From Neophaeotheca triangularis (Eukaryota), in assembly GCA_054600435.1 (NCBI GenBank), contig BAAIJX010000002.1, positions 186,001 to 250,000 of the forward strand: DNA of 64,000 nucleotides, given 5' to 3'. Both the position numbers and the translations under genes were made by a program. This document shows, piece by piece, positions 11,953-25,864 of the stretch. How positions within the stretch are numbered: the stretch's first letter is position 1; each line of letters begins with the position of its first letter. The notes beneath the pieces are model-generated. The model did no database searches. It had not been told where the DNA came from and was given only the letters and a program-made list of their open reading frames with translations.

Positions 11953-13959
11953 GCGACAACCGTGGGCGCCATGCGTGGTGCCTGGCGGGTATCAGATGGA
12001 CGAGGCGAGCTGTTGAAGCCGGCGGAAGCGTGGTGGTAGGTCGTGCGGGCAAAAAGGCGTCTATGGGTTGACTTGCTGGCGGGTTCTAGATGTTGAAACA
12101 CGGCCGGTTCAGCGGACAGCGACATGGCGGTGCATACCTCTGACAATAATAACAAGAGGGGGGCGGTGGGCGTGTGGACTGAACTAGGTAGGTACTGGGT
12201 CATGTGCACCGAGGTACGCTGAGAGGGGCGAATGACGGACGGGGTTTGCTAGTTTAGTATATCAGCCTCGATGCCAAGAGCCGGATCTTTGTCATCTGTC
12301 ACTGATGATCTTCATCTTTGTTCGACTTGACGGCATTACTATGTATTGGTAGACAGCCACTTTTGTCTGTAACTCTGTGTTTGCATTTGATAGTGTTGAG
12401 ACGTGCGACAAGTTGTCACATTCCTCAACGGAGCACAGCAGCGAGACTTTCACATGCTTTGAAGTGTCTTCCACATGCGTCGGGTGCTGGCATGACCACG
12501 ACGTCGACGGTACCTTGACATGATCTGAAACAGCACACAAGATGACCCGTTCCGGAAAGCACACAGATACTAGTATCTACCTAACATTGACTGCAGTGAA
12601 GAGCTGAAAAATCCCACGAATCCCTCGACTCGGGCAGCCATCGCAGCTGAAAGACTGGGTAGGGCACTGACAAAAAGCAACTTTCACATGCCAACAGTAC
12701 AGTAGTAATCAAAGTTATCAATCAAAGTCATCAGCGACGGGCCCTGCAGAACGCAGTGTCACCTGGCCCCCTACAGGCTACAGGTACAACAAGACACCCA
12801 CCCGGCTGCGAGGAGGCTTATTATTATTATTATGAGGCTTCGGTACACAAACGGTAGGTACCTAAACGAGCGAATCGCGTCATTTCAAGCAGGGAGTAGG
12901 TACTCTGTAGGATGCATCTGGCAAATCTTCACATGGGTAACCCATTACTAGACAAACGAACAAGAAAAAAGTCTCCCTCCAACAAGTCTCGAAACCCAAG
13001 TCGGCGATTCGAGTGTTGAAAAAAAGCAAAAACCCCCCCCCCCAGAACCCATTCCTTCCCTCTCTCCACAGTACCAATACCACCCAAGTAGTACCTACCC
13101 ACTACAAAGGTATTGGTACCACCAAACCACAAGCACCCGTCATCCGAGTCGAACGTCTCCAGAGAGCGTTAAAAAGCCCCTTAACCTATCTACATAGCTA
13201 CCTCGAATCACCATGACCACTCTTGTAACAGGACAAGCCGGCGTACAGACCTACCCTATAAAGCGTGCATTTCTACGCTCTACTCTTAAAGCTGTGAACC
13301 GACGCATACGATGGGTGAAATCAACCGATCCGCCCCCTCACGAGTTCGATTCGCCTCGGGGCCTGTATGAGCCACCCATTCAAACACCAGAACGGAAAAA
13401 AGTACGGTCCACCATCTACCACACACGAGGCAAGAGCCACAAAGGCAGGCGACAGTGGACTCCCTAGAAAAAAACTGATGCCGCGCAAGACGCAGGGACA
13501 CAAATGCTCAATCCCATGCAACTCCCATAAACCAAAAAAAAGGAAATGAAAAAAAAAAGGTTAAAGAACCAGACAGCTTAGACGAAAGCGAAAAGAGAGG
13601 TAAGCAGGCGAAGAGACGAGCTCCAAGAATTTCCGCAGTACAACCAAGTACCTCCAACTACACAACCCCAAAACTCAAAGAGTACATACAATTTCCCAAG
13701 GGGAACCGGGGGGTGGGCAGATTCGCCCCAAAGCAGTCAGACAGTCAGTCATGCTGGTCAAACTCGCTGAAGGAAGCACCTTTTATTAGCCAACTCAAGC
13801 CCAAACGAGCGAGTGTCGGCGGGGGTCAACCCGGCCAACTCTGCACGAATTCAGCGGGAGTCGGGTATGTGGGCGAACTCTGCTGCTTCGGGCAAAAGCA
13901 GTCGACATGACCGAACCCGAATAACTCGAGCAAGCCAGCCGGGCAGCCGGGCAGGTATG

Positions 13960-14180
13960 TAAGTCGAACCAGCCATGTCAGCTAAGTCAGCCGACTCAAT
14001 CAAATCAGCCGACTTGGCCAACCAAGCAAGATCAGCCATCAGCTAGACCAACAGCCAAACCAGCCAACTCAGTCAAATCAGCCATCAGCCAAACCAGCCA
14101 GAAACCAGCCAGAACCACAACCACCCAACCAACCAGTCAGCCAGTCAATTCAGCAAAACCCAACCAACCCCAACCCCCGC
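13960..14180. repeat. Degenerate CAGCC/AACC simple repeat tract
   Basis: Repeated cagcca/aaccag/tcagcc units downstream of the desaturase stop codon. Confidence 0.6.
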
Positions 14181-14229
14181 TTCCCCTGACTACCCCCCAA
14201 TCCTTAATCTTTATTATTTTTTAATTCTT

Positions 14230-16199
14230 TCAATAATGCCCCCCAACCTTCCCCCTAGCCAAATCCCCCCCACACTCCACCACCACCCCAACCAACGCAG
14301 CAACCTCCCTCAACCTACCCACGACAACCCCATTCCCCTCGCCGAAGCCATAAAGCAAATACTCAATCTCGGAATCGCGACAAAACTCTCGCACCAAGCT
14401 CTGCAGCGCGCGTAGATTGTGCCGCGGCACCCGCGGGAACAGGTGGTGCACCGCTTGGAATTGCAAGCCACCGTGGATGAAGTCGAGCCAGGGCGGGCAG
14501 CGTATGTCCATTGTCGTGCGCAGTTGGCGTTGCGCGAAGGTTTCCGACGGGCCGAGGTCGGTTGTCGAGGTGCCTGTGGGGTCGACGTGGTTAGGGCGGG
14601 GTTGCGTTGGTTTCGGTTACGTGGGGAGCGCGGTTGGGGGTAGAGCCGCACGGGCACGGTGAGGGGAGAGGAAAGAAGGGAGGAAAAGGGGGAACTATAG
14701 AAACTCACCCCAATGACTCAAGGTAATCTGCACATGCAACGGCATGGTGACGACATGGCTGACGAGCAAAAACACGGCCCGATCCCACCAAGTCGGGATC
14801 CCCAGGTACAGCAGCCCGCCGAAATACCAAGAAATGTACACGACAATGGCGGCGATTTCCGTCGGCCGCGTCCACCACATGACACCCTTGTTGCGGGATC
14901 TGGGGGAGAGGAGGTGCGCCCAGCTGAGGAAGTAGAGGTTGAAGCGTGCCACGGCCATGATAGGGTAGTAGGTGTAGTGTTGGTAGGGCAGGGCCAGTTC
15001 GGCTACGCGGTCGAAGAGGTAGGTGAAGTTGTCGTAGTAGCTGGATTTGATGCTGGAGAAGAAGGCCGGGGAAGTGGCGAAGAGGGGCACGTTTTGGATG
15101 TCAGGGTCGTGTTCCTGGCAAGGGAGGTGAACGGTTAGTGGGTGAGTTGGAGGTGGGGGTGGGGAATGGGTGGATGATGGTGAAGTCGCCCCATGCTGTG
15201 CTGTGCTAGACCTACAGGATGATTGGTAACGAGATGATGAACATTATGACTGCTCTTCCACCAACCAATGGAAAGACCACAACACAAATTGCCGATGAAA
15301 ATCCCAATCAGCGTATCGGTAGTAATGTCGTGCGTAATCCCCCGGTGTCCGGCATCATGCGCCGTGAACATGATTTGGTGCCAGAACAAGCCCAGAAAAC
15401 AGGCCGAAGGCACGTACCAGCCGTACGACAGCGTCCACAAAAAGAGCCCAAAGAGCGTCGAGTATCGCGCGAGTTCCTTGGCGTACTCGGACATGCGGCA
15501 GTCGTAGTAGCCTTCCTCTTGCACGCGTTTGTGGAGGGCGTTGAATTTGCTGCCGATTTTACGTTGGGTGACCGGGTCGAGGGAGGGGTATTTGGCTAGG
15601 TCGGCTTCGAGCTCGGTTTGAACTAGGCCGGCGGCGTGAGAGGAGTAACGGTTTGGGTAGTCGTCTACGGTTGTTGGCAGTTGGGCATCTGAGCTGGCGG
15701 AGCTGGTCGATGTGCCGTCGGAGCTGTAGCCGGAGTCTTCTCGTGATTCCTCCTCTTTGTCGACTTTGCTAAAGTCTCCACCTTGAATGGGTGGGACAAA
15801 GTTATCCCATGGTCCTTGCATCCTGCCAATACGGAATCGGTACATGAGCTTGACGACTTCGGGCGAGTGGGAGCTGCAATGTTCACGTAGAGATTAGTGT
15901 CGGTTGGATGGCCATGTCAAAAGTCACACGCAAGGTCTACCAGTCGCTCATACATGATTCATCTTTCATTCTTTCGGGTTGGGGGGCGTGTGGATTGACA
16001 GTAGAGACGTGGCCATGTACATTGATATTTCCGTCGACGCGTCTCGTCCAACCATGTGGTCAATCACCAACTTCCCTCCCGGATGCTTCTCTTTCCAGCC
16101 ATTGAGGCGAAGGACGACGTCGTTAAGGATGACGATGCTGTCGCCGGCGGCAATCATGCGGGCAATCTGAGGCCGGTCGAATATTCGAGGAACCGCCAT
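14230..16199 (-). CDS. SLD1: Delta-8 sphingolipid desaturase with cytochrome b5 domain
   Basis: HPGG haem motif; His boxes HDAGH, HNVHH, QAVHH; introns 15874-16020, 15115-15215 and 14574-14708 join in frame. Confidence 0.92.
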
Positions 16200-17554
16200 T
16201 GTTGGGGGTTGTTGGAGAGAGAGGTGTGGATGATTATGTGGCGGTAAAGAAAGATGGAGGGGGAGAGAAGAAGGAAAGAGGAGGTGGAAGAGAGCAGCAG
16301 AGTGGTGCCTCGAGGGGGGCTGTGTGTAGAGAAAGGCGGCACAGGGGAGAATGATGAGACGTAGGCGCCTCGTGTCTTGCCAGCATGTGCGATCAACACC
16401 TACCTAGCTAGTAACCCCCATGTAACGTTAGCGACTGCCTGCCTTTAGGCTGCATACGGAAAAGGGAGCTTGGTCGTGTTCTGGCCAGATTAGAACTAGA
16501 ACAAGAACAAGAACAAGAACAAGGTGCTCCTGAATCCCCAATGTTGCCTCGACGTTAGCTACCGTACTTACACTACCTTACCGTGTCATGGCAGCCGAAG
16601 CGGGCGCAGCGACATGCTCCTCCACATTATTGTTTGTCTAGCCCGGCTAGCGTAGTCTTCACAAGCTAGACAGCATGGAGGAGTGTTGCCGCGAGTGTAC
16701 CCAGCTTTTGGCTCGCTTGCGACACTGCCAATGTCCCTTACGACGGCTCGCCCTCGGATCCATTTGGGCAAGAGATGGCCGAGGCCTTTTGTTTGCGACA
16801 AGCCGGCCTACAAGCCCGATGGGAGGTGCAATGGAACGAGTGTGACCAGCTCTTGATCTTGCTTCTTTTTCTTTGCGACCAGCTTCGTTGTCGTCGGGTT
16901 GTGATGAAGTGTGAAGGGTCTGGTATCGTCAATGGAAGCTAAGATGGGGATTGGCTTTTAGGGTTTCAGGGTCCGGAGGGCGGGGGCAATGACATGTGAC
17001 GTGCCCAGACCGGACGACGCGCGCACGTGGATTGCGTACACGAGGCATTGCCCAGGCGCTCATTGTTGTTATTGCCTGGCGTCCCGAGGTGTTCGCTAAT
17101 ATTGATAAGGGCTGACAAGGTGGCTGGCTGGCTGATGAGGTGGCTGAGCTCCTTGATCGTCAGGAGGCGGAAACAACGGGCGCTTGGCGTGTGAGAGGAG
17201 GTGGGAGGTGGGAGGTGGGAGGTTGGAGGTGAGGATGGGAGATGGAAACACGGCGACGGCGAGGAGGGTGTCGTAAATATAAGCAGTCTGTCTTAGGTTT
17301 GGAAGGTACGTAGGTTGGTCATCTTGTGTCATTATTGCGATGGTCGGACTTAACCTTGCCGCCTGCATCCGAGCGAGAGCTGACAGATTCTTCCTGTACA
17401 AGCCGTGTAAGCGTCTATTATGAGGCGACTCTCACACCTTGCACCGCGGACAAGGCCTCTCGGTCCGAAGAGTCTGATTACTTCCGATGCATACTCTATA
17501 CAACAAACCTGTACGCTATACCAAGGTCAAGGGTCGGCCTGCGGGGGAGTTGCC

Positions 17555-17580
17555 ACACACACACACATACACACACACAC
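17555..17580. repeat. (CA)n microsatellite
   Basis: cacacacacacacatacacacacac seen directly. Confidence 0.9.
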
Positions 17581-18047
17581 TGATGTGCTGAGGTGAGGGG
17601 ATGGTCTCCTCGGGTGCCGGGGCTTTACGCGAGTGGTCGATAACACCCTAGGTATACTTCCAAGTTAGCGTCGCTGGAAAAAGTCGATTGCAACGGACCC
17701 AACAGTCTCGGTGACCTGACGGAGTGGAGAAAGCACGGGCTCGACGAGCTGGTGCTCTTACGAGTGGGTGCAAGGCCGCGACAACCTCAGCGAGCTGGAC
17801 TACAAAGCGTGTTCGGATGCGCCAGGGCGGGTTCGATAGCTGTGCCCAAGGCTGACAGACAGTCGGTTCAAGGGAGAGCTGCTACGAATTCGCGGACACG
17901 GGAAACGAGGTGTGAAGAAAACAGACTTTTGGTTCGTAAAAATCCAGTGACTCGGCACTTATATATAGTCGACAAGCAAAGGACACGACTTTTGGAACAT
18001 TTTTTCATCAAACGCGGCAAACCCCGATCACTTCGGAGCGAGTACAC

Positions 18048-20529
18048 TCAGCCAGCAGTCTCAGTAGCCCTCGGCTCGACGAGCTCAAAAGTGTACCCCC
18101 CAACGACTTCGAAATAACGTGTGGCGGTCGGTGGATCTCCGACGGTAAGGGGCTCCAAGGCAATGATCTCGTAAGTGAAGCCGCTGGTTTCAATGGTATA
18201 AGTGGTCGACGGAGTCGGCGTCCAAGTCTCCGGGAGACCGGTCGGCAGGGGAATGCTCGGGAGGGGGGGCTCTGGGAGGATGGTGAGAATGGGTTCGAGA
18301 TCGGTCGGCAGAGGGGGGAAATCGGTCGGTAGAGGTAAGTCTGGGAGCTCGCTGGGGATGGTTTCCTCAGTGGGGATGGGAAGAATGCTGACGCCGGAGT
18401 CGCTCGCAGAGGCTGTAGGGAAAGAGACGCTTATGGGGCTTGGAAGGGGTACGGGAGTGTCGGAGGCTGTTGGGAAGGAGGCGCTAATGGGACTCGGCAG
18501 CGGAACGGGGGTCGCTGAAGTGATCTCCGAGAATGTCGAATCTATGGGGCTGGGGAGTGGGACCGGGGTCTCCGTTGCGATGGGCTCTTCGGGCGCGGGC
18601 GAAGGTACGGGTTCTTCGAACACGAAGCCGAGGAATCTCCTGTCACTGAAAGCGGCAGCGCTGTCGGGGGAGGGAAGGGCTTCGTTGACGGATTCGTAGA
18701 ATTGACAAGCCCCCTGGTCCGCGGTCACGGCGATGCAGGCGGGTAGGGCTTCGCATTCAGGGACGCAGTCGTCGATGGTGGGTGGCACCAGCCAGTTAAG
18801 AGGCGGTGTGTCCAGCTGCGTTCCCACGAGCGTGGTATCGCTGTAGACGGTGTAAGTGGTGGTTTCGTCCAGCCTGATAGTGTCGGTCGTCGGCGTATCC
18901 ACAGGTTCTTCGTCTCGCGGCACAAAACCCGTGAATCTTTCCTCGCTGAAAGCGACGGATTTCCCGGGTGCTGCAAATCTCTCGTTCACCGAGCCGTAGA
19001 GCATGCAGGTCCCGAGGTCGGCTGTCGTAACTACACAATTAGATCTTGCTTCGCAGAGGCGGATGCAGTCGGCGAGGCTGGGAGCTTGGAACTCTTCGCC
19101 TTGATCTTGACGCTTTTCCAGCAAGCTGACCGGGGGCAAATCGATCAGGACTCCGTTGACTGAGCTGTCTGGGAAAATTGTGAAGATTGCGCCGTTAGGG
19201 AGCTCGGTTGTGAAACTTGCCGGAGCTGTTTCTGTTGGTGAAGGAGGTTCTTCTGAGGCTGTTAAGCTCTCGGTGGGCAAAATAGGGGCTTCGTCGGTCG
19301 TTGTAGATTCGGTCGGCAAGGCTGGGCCCTCTATCGTAGAGGAAGTCAAGGTCGGCAGTACAGGGGCCTCAGTCGACGAAGTCACAGTTGGCAGTAGCGG
19401 ATCCGTTATTATCGGTCCCACAAGAGTCGAGGAGCTTTCGAACGGCAGCGTGAGGGTCAAAGACGACTCGCTTTCAGTCGGCAGCGCAGGAGTCTCAGTC
19501 GCCACCTCCGTCGACGAAGTGGTCGGCAACACAGATATTTCTTCGGTCGATGAAGTGGTTGGTAGCTCAGGTATTTCATCGGTCGATGAGGTGGTCGGCA
19601 AAACCGGTACTTCAGTCGACGAAGTCGTCGGTAGCACAGGCACCTCCTGGGTCGACGAGGTAGTCGGCAACACCGGTACTTCAGTCGACGAAGTCGTCGG
19701 TAGCACAGGCACCTCCTCGGTCGATGAAGTGGTCGGCAAAACCGGTACTTCAGTCGACGAAGTCGTCGGCAGCACAGGCACCTCTGCCGTAGACGAAGTG
19801 GTAGGTAGTACAGGCACCTCCTCAGTCGATGAGGTGGTCGGCAACACCGGTACCTCAGTCGACGAAGTGGTCGGCAGCACGGGGACCTCCTCAGTCGACG
19901 AAGTCACAGTCGGCAGCACCGTCGACGAACTCGTCACCACAACCTCCTCGCTCCTAACATACCCATTCGCCCCAGCAATCAAAACGCGAAAATCCGCCCT
20001 AAATCCGCCAGCATTGTCGGCACTGGCAGCGGAAATCTCACTTCCCCAGTAAGCGCAGTAGACGCGGCTAACGGCTGCTGGGTTCTGGCATTGCGAAAAG
20101 CCTGGCTCGACCGAGGGGGAACGTTGGAAGTAGATGTTGAAGCTCTGGCAGGCCGAGATGGAGTCACAGACCGCGGCGCAGAGGGCCGGGTCGTATGAGC
20201 TGGGGGCGGTGGAGGTGAGGTACTCGGGTGCTCTTTTGGAGGAGGGTTTGTTAGACTAGGTGTTTTGGGCTTCGAGGATTGTCAGGGGAAGGTTCTTACG
20301 AGTTGGATGCGGCGAGATTGCTGAAGACGCGTTCGTAACCTTCCGGGGTCGGAGCGTCGTTGGCTAGCGAGCTGTAAAGGGGGAAGTTCGAGAAGGCTGT
20401 GGGGGTGTTTGGGTCCGGGGCGGGTGCGTTTACAGCAGAGGTATCGGGATCGCAAGGGGCGCGGCGGTGGAGCAGTGGGCTTGCTTGGACATACGCGCCT
20501 AGGGCTGCTAGGGTGATGGTGTTGCGCAT
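18048..20529 (-). CDS. Secreted Ser/Thr/Pro-rich glycoprotein with Cys-rich N-domain, tandem repeats and two PAN/apple-like modules
   Basis: Signal peptide MRNTITLAALGAYVQA; intron 20233-20299 joins to CAAVCDSISACQSFNIYF, in frame with ORF 18048-19982; C-x3-C-x5-C modules CIRLCEARSNC and CVPECEALPAC. Confidence 0.8.
19505..19935 (-). repeat. Coding minisatellite of 33/36-bp units, (E)EVPVLPTTSST, about 11-12 copies
   Basis: Visible in both DNA (recurrent gtcgacgaagt) and translation. Confidence 0.92.
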
Positions 20530-21252
20530 GTTGATGGCGGGCCGAGCGGAGGAACGCCCTTGAATCTTTGATACCTACCTTAGCGGAAAGGCTGCGTGCG
20601 GGTGCTAGTGCTTAACGGCTGTTAGATCTCGCATATGGGGGGAATTACGCTTCTTTTATGCTTCTCCGCGTCAAAGAAGAATGGGCAAATTGCTTTTGCA
20701 TTGGGAGCAGGACGTTTACTGCAGATCGTCCCGCCAGGGAGGAACCTTTGGCAAGGGACGCAATCATAAGACGATGGTCATGTTCGGCTTTGGCGCTCCA
20801 ATGCACTCGGTACCAGGAACCGCCAGTGATACTTCGCACTCGCATGACAATACTGCTTCTTCGCTTGAGGAGATATGAGTGATATAACCTAGTTGCGCAA
20901 GCTGCAGGACTATCAACCGTGGTCAATGTTCGGGGTCCCTCGCCAGCGCCAAGCCAATATTCGTCTGCAATACGCAAGCAAACGCTAAAGTATCCTTTGG
21001 ATGATTGCTTTTCATACTTCAAGTTAGGTTACTCGCTTGCTATCGCCAATGCCGCTGCTACTCCAACCACAGCAGAGCATTCCCGCATGGTGAGCAGGAA
21101 TGTTCAACGCCATCTCGTCCCATACCAACCAATCTTCAACCCCTGCATCCTAGAAACCAAATGTAATGTTACAACACCCGTCGCGCAGTCCCATGGCATC
21201 AAATTCCCCATGGTAATAGTTTTCCCACGGTACCAGCTTCCACGTACTCCCC

Positions 21253-24200
21253 TCAATCGTACCTTGGTCCATCATCCCCCGGGGTCTCCGGCATGCTTCC
21301 ATACCCACCAGGCGTACCATAAGCCCCGCCTCTGGAGAAGCCAGGCGTAGGAGCATCGCCCGGAGTAGGAGCGCCAAAAGCGCCAGGGGTTGGTGCGTCG
21401 AGAGCGCCACCACCGCCGCCTCCACCAGAAGCGTAAGCAGGCGTTCGGGAGCCGGAAAGGTAAGCCGGGGTGCGCTGTTTCAGAAGTTAGCAGAGGAAAG
21501 AATAGTCGATGTGTGTGTGAGAAAGTAAACTTACGCTCCCGCCTGGCGCGCCACCGCCCCACACGCTTCCGCCTCCGTAGCTTGTCATGCCTCCACCACC
21601 GTAGCTCGTCATGCCACCCCCACCGTAAGCCGTCGCGCCGCCAAAACCGCCACCGTACGAGGTCGAACCACCTCCACCCGCAGTAAAACCTCCGGCGTAG
21701 CCAGGTGTCCTCGAACCGGTATCCGTCTTCCAGCTTGGGGTCCTGCTACCGCCAGCCGCAGCCGCAAATGCAGGGGTCCTACTACCAGCCGGGGCGGTAC
21801 CAAACCCAGGTGTCCTGCCTCCAGAAGCCATAGCCGGAGGGAACCCAGCATTTCCTTGCCTTCCACCGCGAGCGTTAGCGTCCATGGCGCTACCAATAGT
21901 AGCACCAGTCTTCTCGTCTACGATGTTGAGCTTTTCCTTTTCGAACTGAACGACCTTGTTGCGTGCGCTGAGCTCGACTTTGGCGTGCGTGTCGGTTGTA
22001 TCTTTGACGATGCCTATCAGTCCTTTGCTGGGACCAACTCTGACACGAACACTTTTTCCGATGAGGCGATCGCGGCCTTTTTGTTGCGGAGGTTGCATGC
22101 CTCCAGGACCAGAGGGCTTTGCGGGTCCTCCCAAATTCCCGACGGCGGGGTTCATCTTCGTGAGGTCTAGTCCGCCGCCGCCTACGCGACCGCCCTTAGC
22201 AGCCACAGTGACGACGTTGGAAGTGCGCTGGACGAAGATGCCGGCGTTTTCGGTGCGCTCACGGTTCTGGGCGAAGACGAATGTGCGATGCAAGTGTAAC
22301 ACGCGTCCTTGACGGCCTTCGCCACCGTATTCCTTGACGGTGTCGTCGATTTTTATTTCATTGCTCTCGTGGTCGGTAGCAATGGCGCCATGACGGCGAC
22401 GTTCGAGCTTGTTGGAGATGTTGGAAGGAAGGAGAGTGCGGGTTGTTCCGTTTTGGTCGAGTACGCGCAGAGATTCGCGGTCGACTTTGACGACACAGCC
22501 AACGGTTGCGGCGTCAAGCTGAACCAGATCGAAGAGATCGAATTTGCTGGAGCCCATGGCTGCACCGCCGGCATCTGTGGCTTCGCGGAGGTCCTTGGAG
22601 AAGACGGTGATTTCTTGTTGGTTCGAGTCCGTAAGAAGGGTGACTCTATCATCCTTGATTCGAACAACCATGCCAACTTCATCGCTGTATTTGCTGCCGC
22701 CGATAACTTTGACGTGATCACCTTCGCGGAAGAGTTTGCGCAGCTCTTTCACGGGCGCTTCCACCGTCTTGCCTCGCAGTGGGCCGGTCTCGACGCGGAT
22801 GCGCACCACATCACCGTAGACGTGCACAGCCCGACCCTGAACACCCTTTTGTTCACCGCGGAACATCTCGACGTTGTCGCCTGGCAGATAGTCGGCCGCT
22901 GCGGAGCTCTTCAATGTGGCTGCTAGAGCCGCAAGGTCTAAGTTCTCCGTGCCGTCGTCTGCCCCAGAGGCGAACTTCGTGACCTCCTCCAATTTGGGGT
23001 TAACCTGCTCGGTCTGTAGCGCCGAGAGCTTGACTCGGTCCTCCAAAAAGCCGTCGACATATGCTTTGCCCATATAGCTGAAGCCTCTCGAGCTCATACC
23101 TTGCAGCCTGCTGAGATATCTGCCATGCCTCTTCTTCGCCTCGAGCTCGTTAAAGAGTCTGGGAGGTGGCCGTTGACCCACAGGCTTCGTACGTTTGCGT
23201 TTGCTTCCGTTGTTGTTGATTTCGTTCTCGATGATGGGAGCGTTGGCGTCCTCGTTTTGGCCGTAATCTAGACGTGGTACAAGCTTGATGGTGACCTCCA
23301 AACCGTTGCTCTCAACATCCTCAATTTGCGCCAAGTCACCAGCGTACAGTCCACGCTTGACACGCACATACATGCCCGGAGCAAGCCCTTTCGTCTTTCT
23401 AGTCTTGAGTAGATCGGGCATCTCTTCTAGTGGAATGGCCATGGGTTTCGTACCCAAGAAGACATGGTTCATCTCTTGCAGCCCAGCCACAACATCGTCT
23501 GGCTTCCAAGCTTCGACGTAGAGGTTACCTGCCATCGGCCCACCGCGCTCAAAGGCGGAAAGAATCCTCACAGGCTCTTTGGACCCCATTCTCTGAAGTG
23601 TCCGTTCTTGGATGGCTATTATGATCTCACGCTCTTTTCCGGGTCGGCACTTCATACGGTAGATTCTTGGGTCGTCCACGCTCGGTTGCATGAGTCTTCG
23701 GTCCATCATCGCAGAGCCTTGGGAAGCGACTCTCGATTGCCTGCCATATCGCTCCTTCAATGCCTGCGCCTGCTTCTCTGCATCCATGCTCGCTTCTAGA
23801 TCTCTCTGTCTGTCAAGTTCGCGGTGTTTGCGGTCGTCGCGATCAGCGCCTGGTGGGAGTTCCTGCAGATCGTCCGGGTGCATCTCGTCCGCTGGCAAGT
23901 CATCGTCTTCTTCAGGCTCTTCTTCATCTTCTTCATCAACCTCAGCTTCTACATCAATGAACTGGTTGCGCTTCTGTCGACGTCTCCGCTTGCGAGATGG
24001 TTGATCCTGCGCTCTCCTGTTAGTTTTCAAAAGTCCCAAGAACAAGATACTCGTTGTTGTGAGTCTTTGGGGAAGGGTTCTTCCGTACTTCATCGTCATC
24101 TTCCTCTTCCTCTTCTTCATCTTCTTCCTCGTCATCGTCACCAGCACCCTGCCCCTCAGCATCATCGCCATCTCCTTCGTCCTCGCCCTCTTCCTCGTCA

Positions 24201-24445
24201 CCGTCGTTGCCCCTGCGAGCAGTGGGTTCGTCGTCATCATCTTCGTCTTTGAGGTCTTTTGCGTCGCTGCCTGCATCTTTCGACGCGCTGTTCGCTCTTC
24301 CTCCAGTGGCTCTAGGCTCATCGTTGTCGCTGGCACCATTGGCTCCCGTGGGCTTCGCGTCGTCATCCTCGTCGTATTCGGGCTCGGGGTTGAAATCATC
24401 TTCGGACTCTTCGTCTGGGAAGTCCTGGTTGGCAAGGCTCGCCAT
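21253..24445 (-). CDS. SPT5: Transcription elongation factor Spt5
   Basis: Acidic N-terminus, NQFIDVEAEVD, NGN region, KOW repeats, GSRTP/DAPTPG C-terminal repeats; introns 24007-24088 and 21475-21534. Confidence 0.96.
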
Positions 24446-25186
24446 GAGCGCACTGGTGTGGTGAGTAAAGTGTCTTGAATACTAATTAGAGAGCGGATAG
24501 AGAAGCTGGATGGAAGAGTGCGGCTGCCAGAATGATGTTGTTGTTCAAGGAGTGTCTAGGAGAGAAGTTGGATGTTAATGGAATGTGAAGTCGAGAGGCT
24601 CCCGCGCAACGTGCATCGATGGACGTTGCGCAACAGCTGACCGAAAGAGGCTAGCTTCCCGCTGAGCCGCTTGTGTGGCCTCACCTGGCAGGCATCAACA
24701 ATTGAATTCACTTAAGATTCATGGAAGTTTCCGAGTTTTCATGCCCTTTTCACCCTTCACTACCTTAATGGCTGCTGTGCACTCACTTTGCTGACAAAAT
24801 CACAATACAGGCAGTTTGAGGCTTCCACGTTATTTCTTGCCAAATACAGGTGATTGAGAGAGCAATAGTCATCGAACAGTCTGCATGAAGGAACGAGATG
24901 CATATAAGGTCTAACCGCATCGATGAGGCCACAGGTCACTTTGTAGGCTCGACAAGGCGAGCCGAGACGCATCATGGGTCGTTGTCTGTGAAGCTTGTAG
25001 CTACATAGTAGGTAGGGAAGACGTATCATTGATAGCCAATCAAGAGATGGGGTGGTATTGGACATCAGAGACTCGAAAAAAATCAATTCCTCCCCTTTCG
25101 TCGCAGCTCGATTCTGCCACCAAAGCCTCAGTTCCTCCGGAACCAAAACGCCTAATTGACGCCCACTCAGCGAAAGCCACCTATCC

Positions 25187-25864
25187 TCAAGACTCATAAG
25201 GCGGCGGCGACCTCAAGTTCCCAGTCCCATTAGTCCCCCAAAGCCAATCCTCACCCCTAGCAGCCTCAATCGGACCCGCAGCAAAATTCGTAAAAGGCAA
25301 AACCGCCGCTCTCCAAAGCCCCTCGGAACCCTGAAACCCCGACCCAACACCAGCCCTCTCTCCACGCTGTTCCGACCCTGGGCTCCCGCGCACTTCGTCC
25401 ACCTCACCCTCTCCCCTCCCTTTTGCGGCATCAACCCTCGCCTCCCCGCCTCCCTCTCTTCCCCTAGAAACCTCCCCCTCCCCACCAAGAAACTCAGAAT
25501 GCTCCCTCGCCCACTCCGTCAGCCTCGCCAGCGCCCTCGTATCGCCCGCCTGATGCACTTTGAACGTATACACCCAGTACAACTCCCGATCCACCTCGCC
25601 GGTCTGCGGGTTCACTAAAAGATCCATGGCGTAAGCATCCGAGTGCGAGAGGTCGCTGAGTAAGTACCGCAAAGCTGTGCGGTGGAGGAGGGGCGCTAGG
25701 GTTGGATCTAGGGAGTTGAAGGGGGTGTTGAGGGTGGGAGAGGAGGACGTTTCGTTATGGATGGTTTTGAGGAGGCGGTAGTAGAGGGGGTGGTTGAGAG
25801 TGCCGTTTGGGTTGATCAGGTCGGTGAGGTAGGATTGGTCGGGGGGTTCGGGGGTGGTTGACAT
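25187..25864 (-). CDS. Hypothetical protein
   Basis: 225-aa ORF with an accATG start; no recognised domain. Confidence 0.5.
   Translation of the reverse strand: MSTTPEPPDQSYLTDLINPNGTLNHPLYYRLLKTIHNETSSSPTLNTPFNSLDPTLAPLLHRTALRYLLSDLSHSDAYAMDLLVNPQTGEVDRELYWVYTFKVHQAGDTRALARLTEWAREHSEFLGGEGEVSRGREGGGEARVDAAKGRGEGEVDEVRGSPGSEQRGERAGVGSGFQGSEGLWRAAVLPFTNFAAGPIEAARGEDWLWGTNGTGNLRSPPPYES

Noticed and set aside
19156..20052. 298-aa + strand ORF with VDEVVG repeats
   Set aside because: Antisense shadow of the coding minisatellite.
21487..24453. 988-aa ORF as the true Spt5
   Set aside because: Its N-terminus is in the wrong frame and it reads through introns; the spliced model 21253-24445 fits better.
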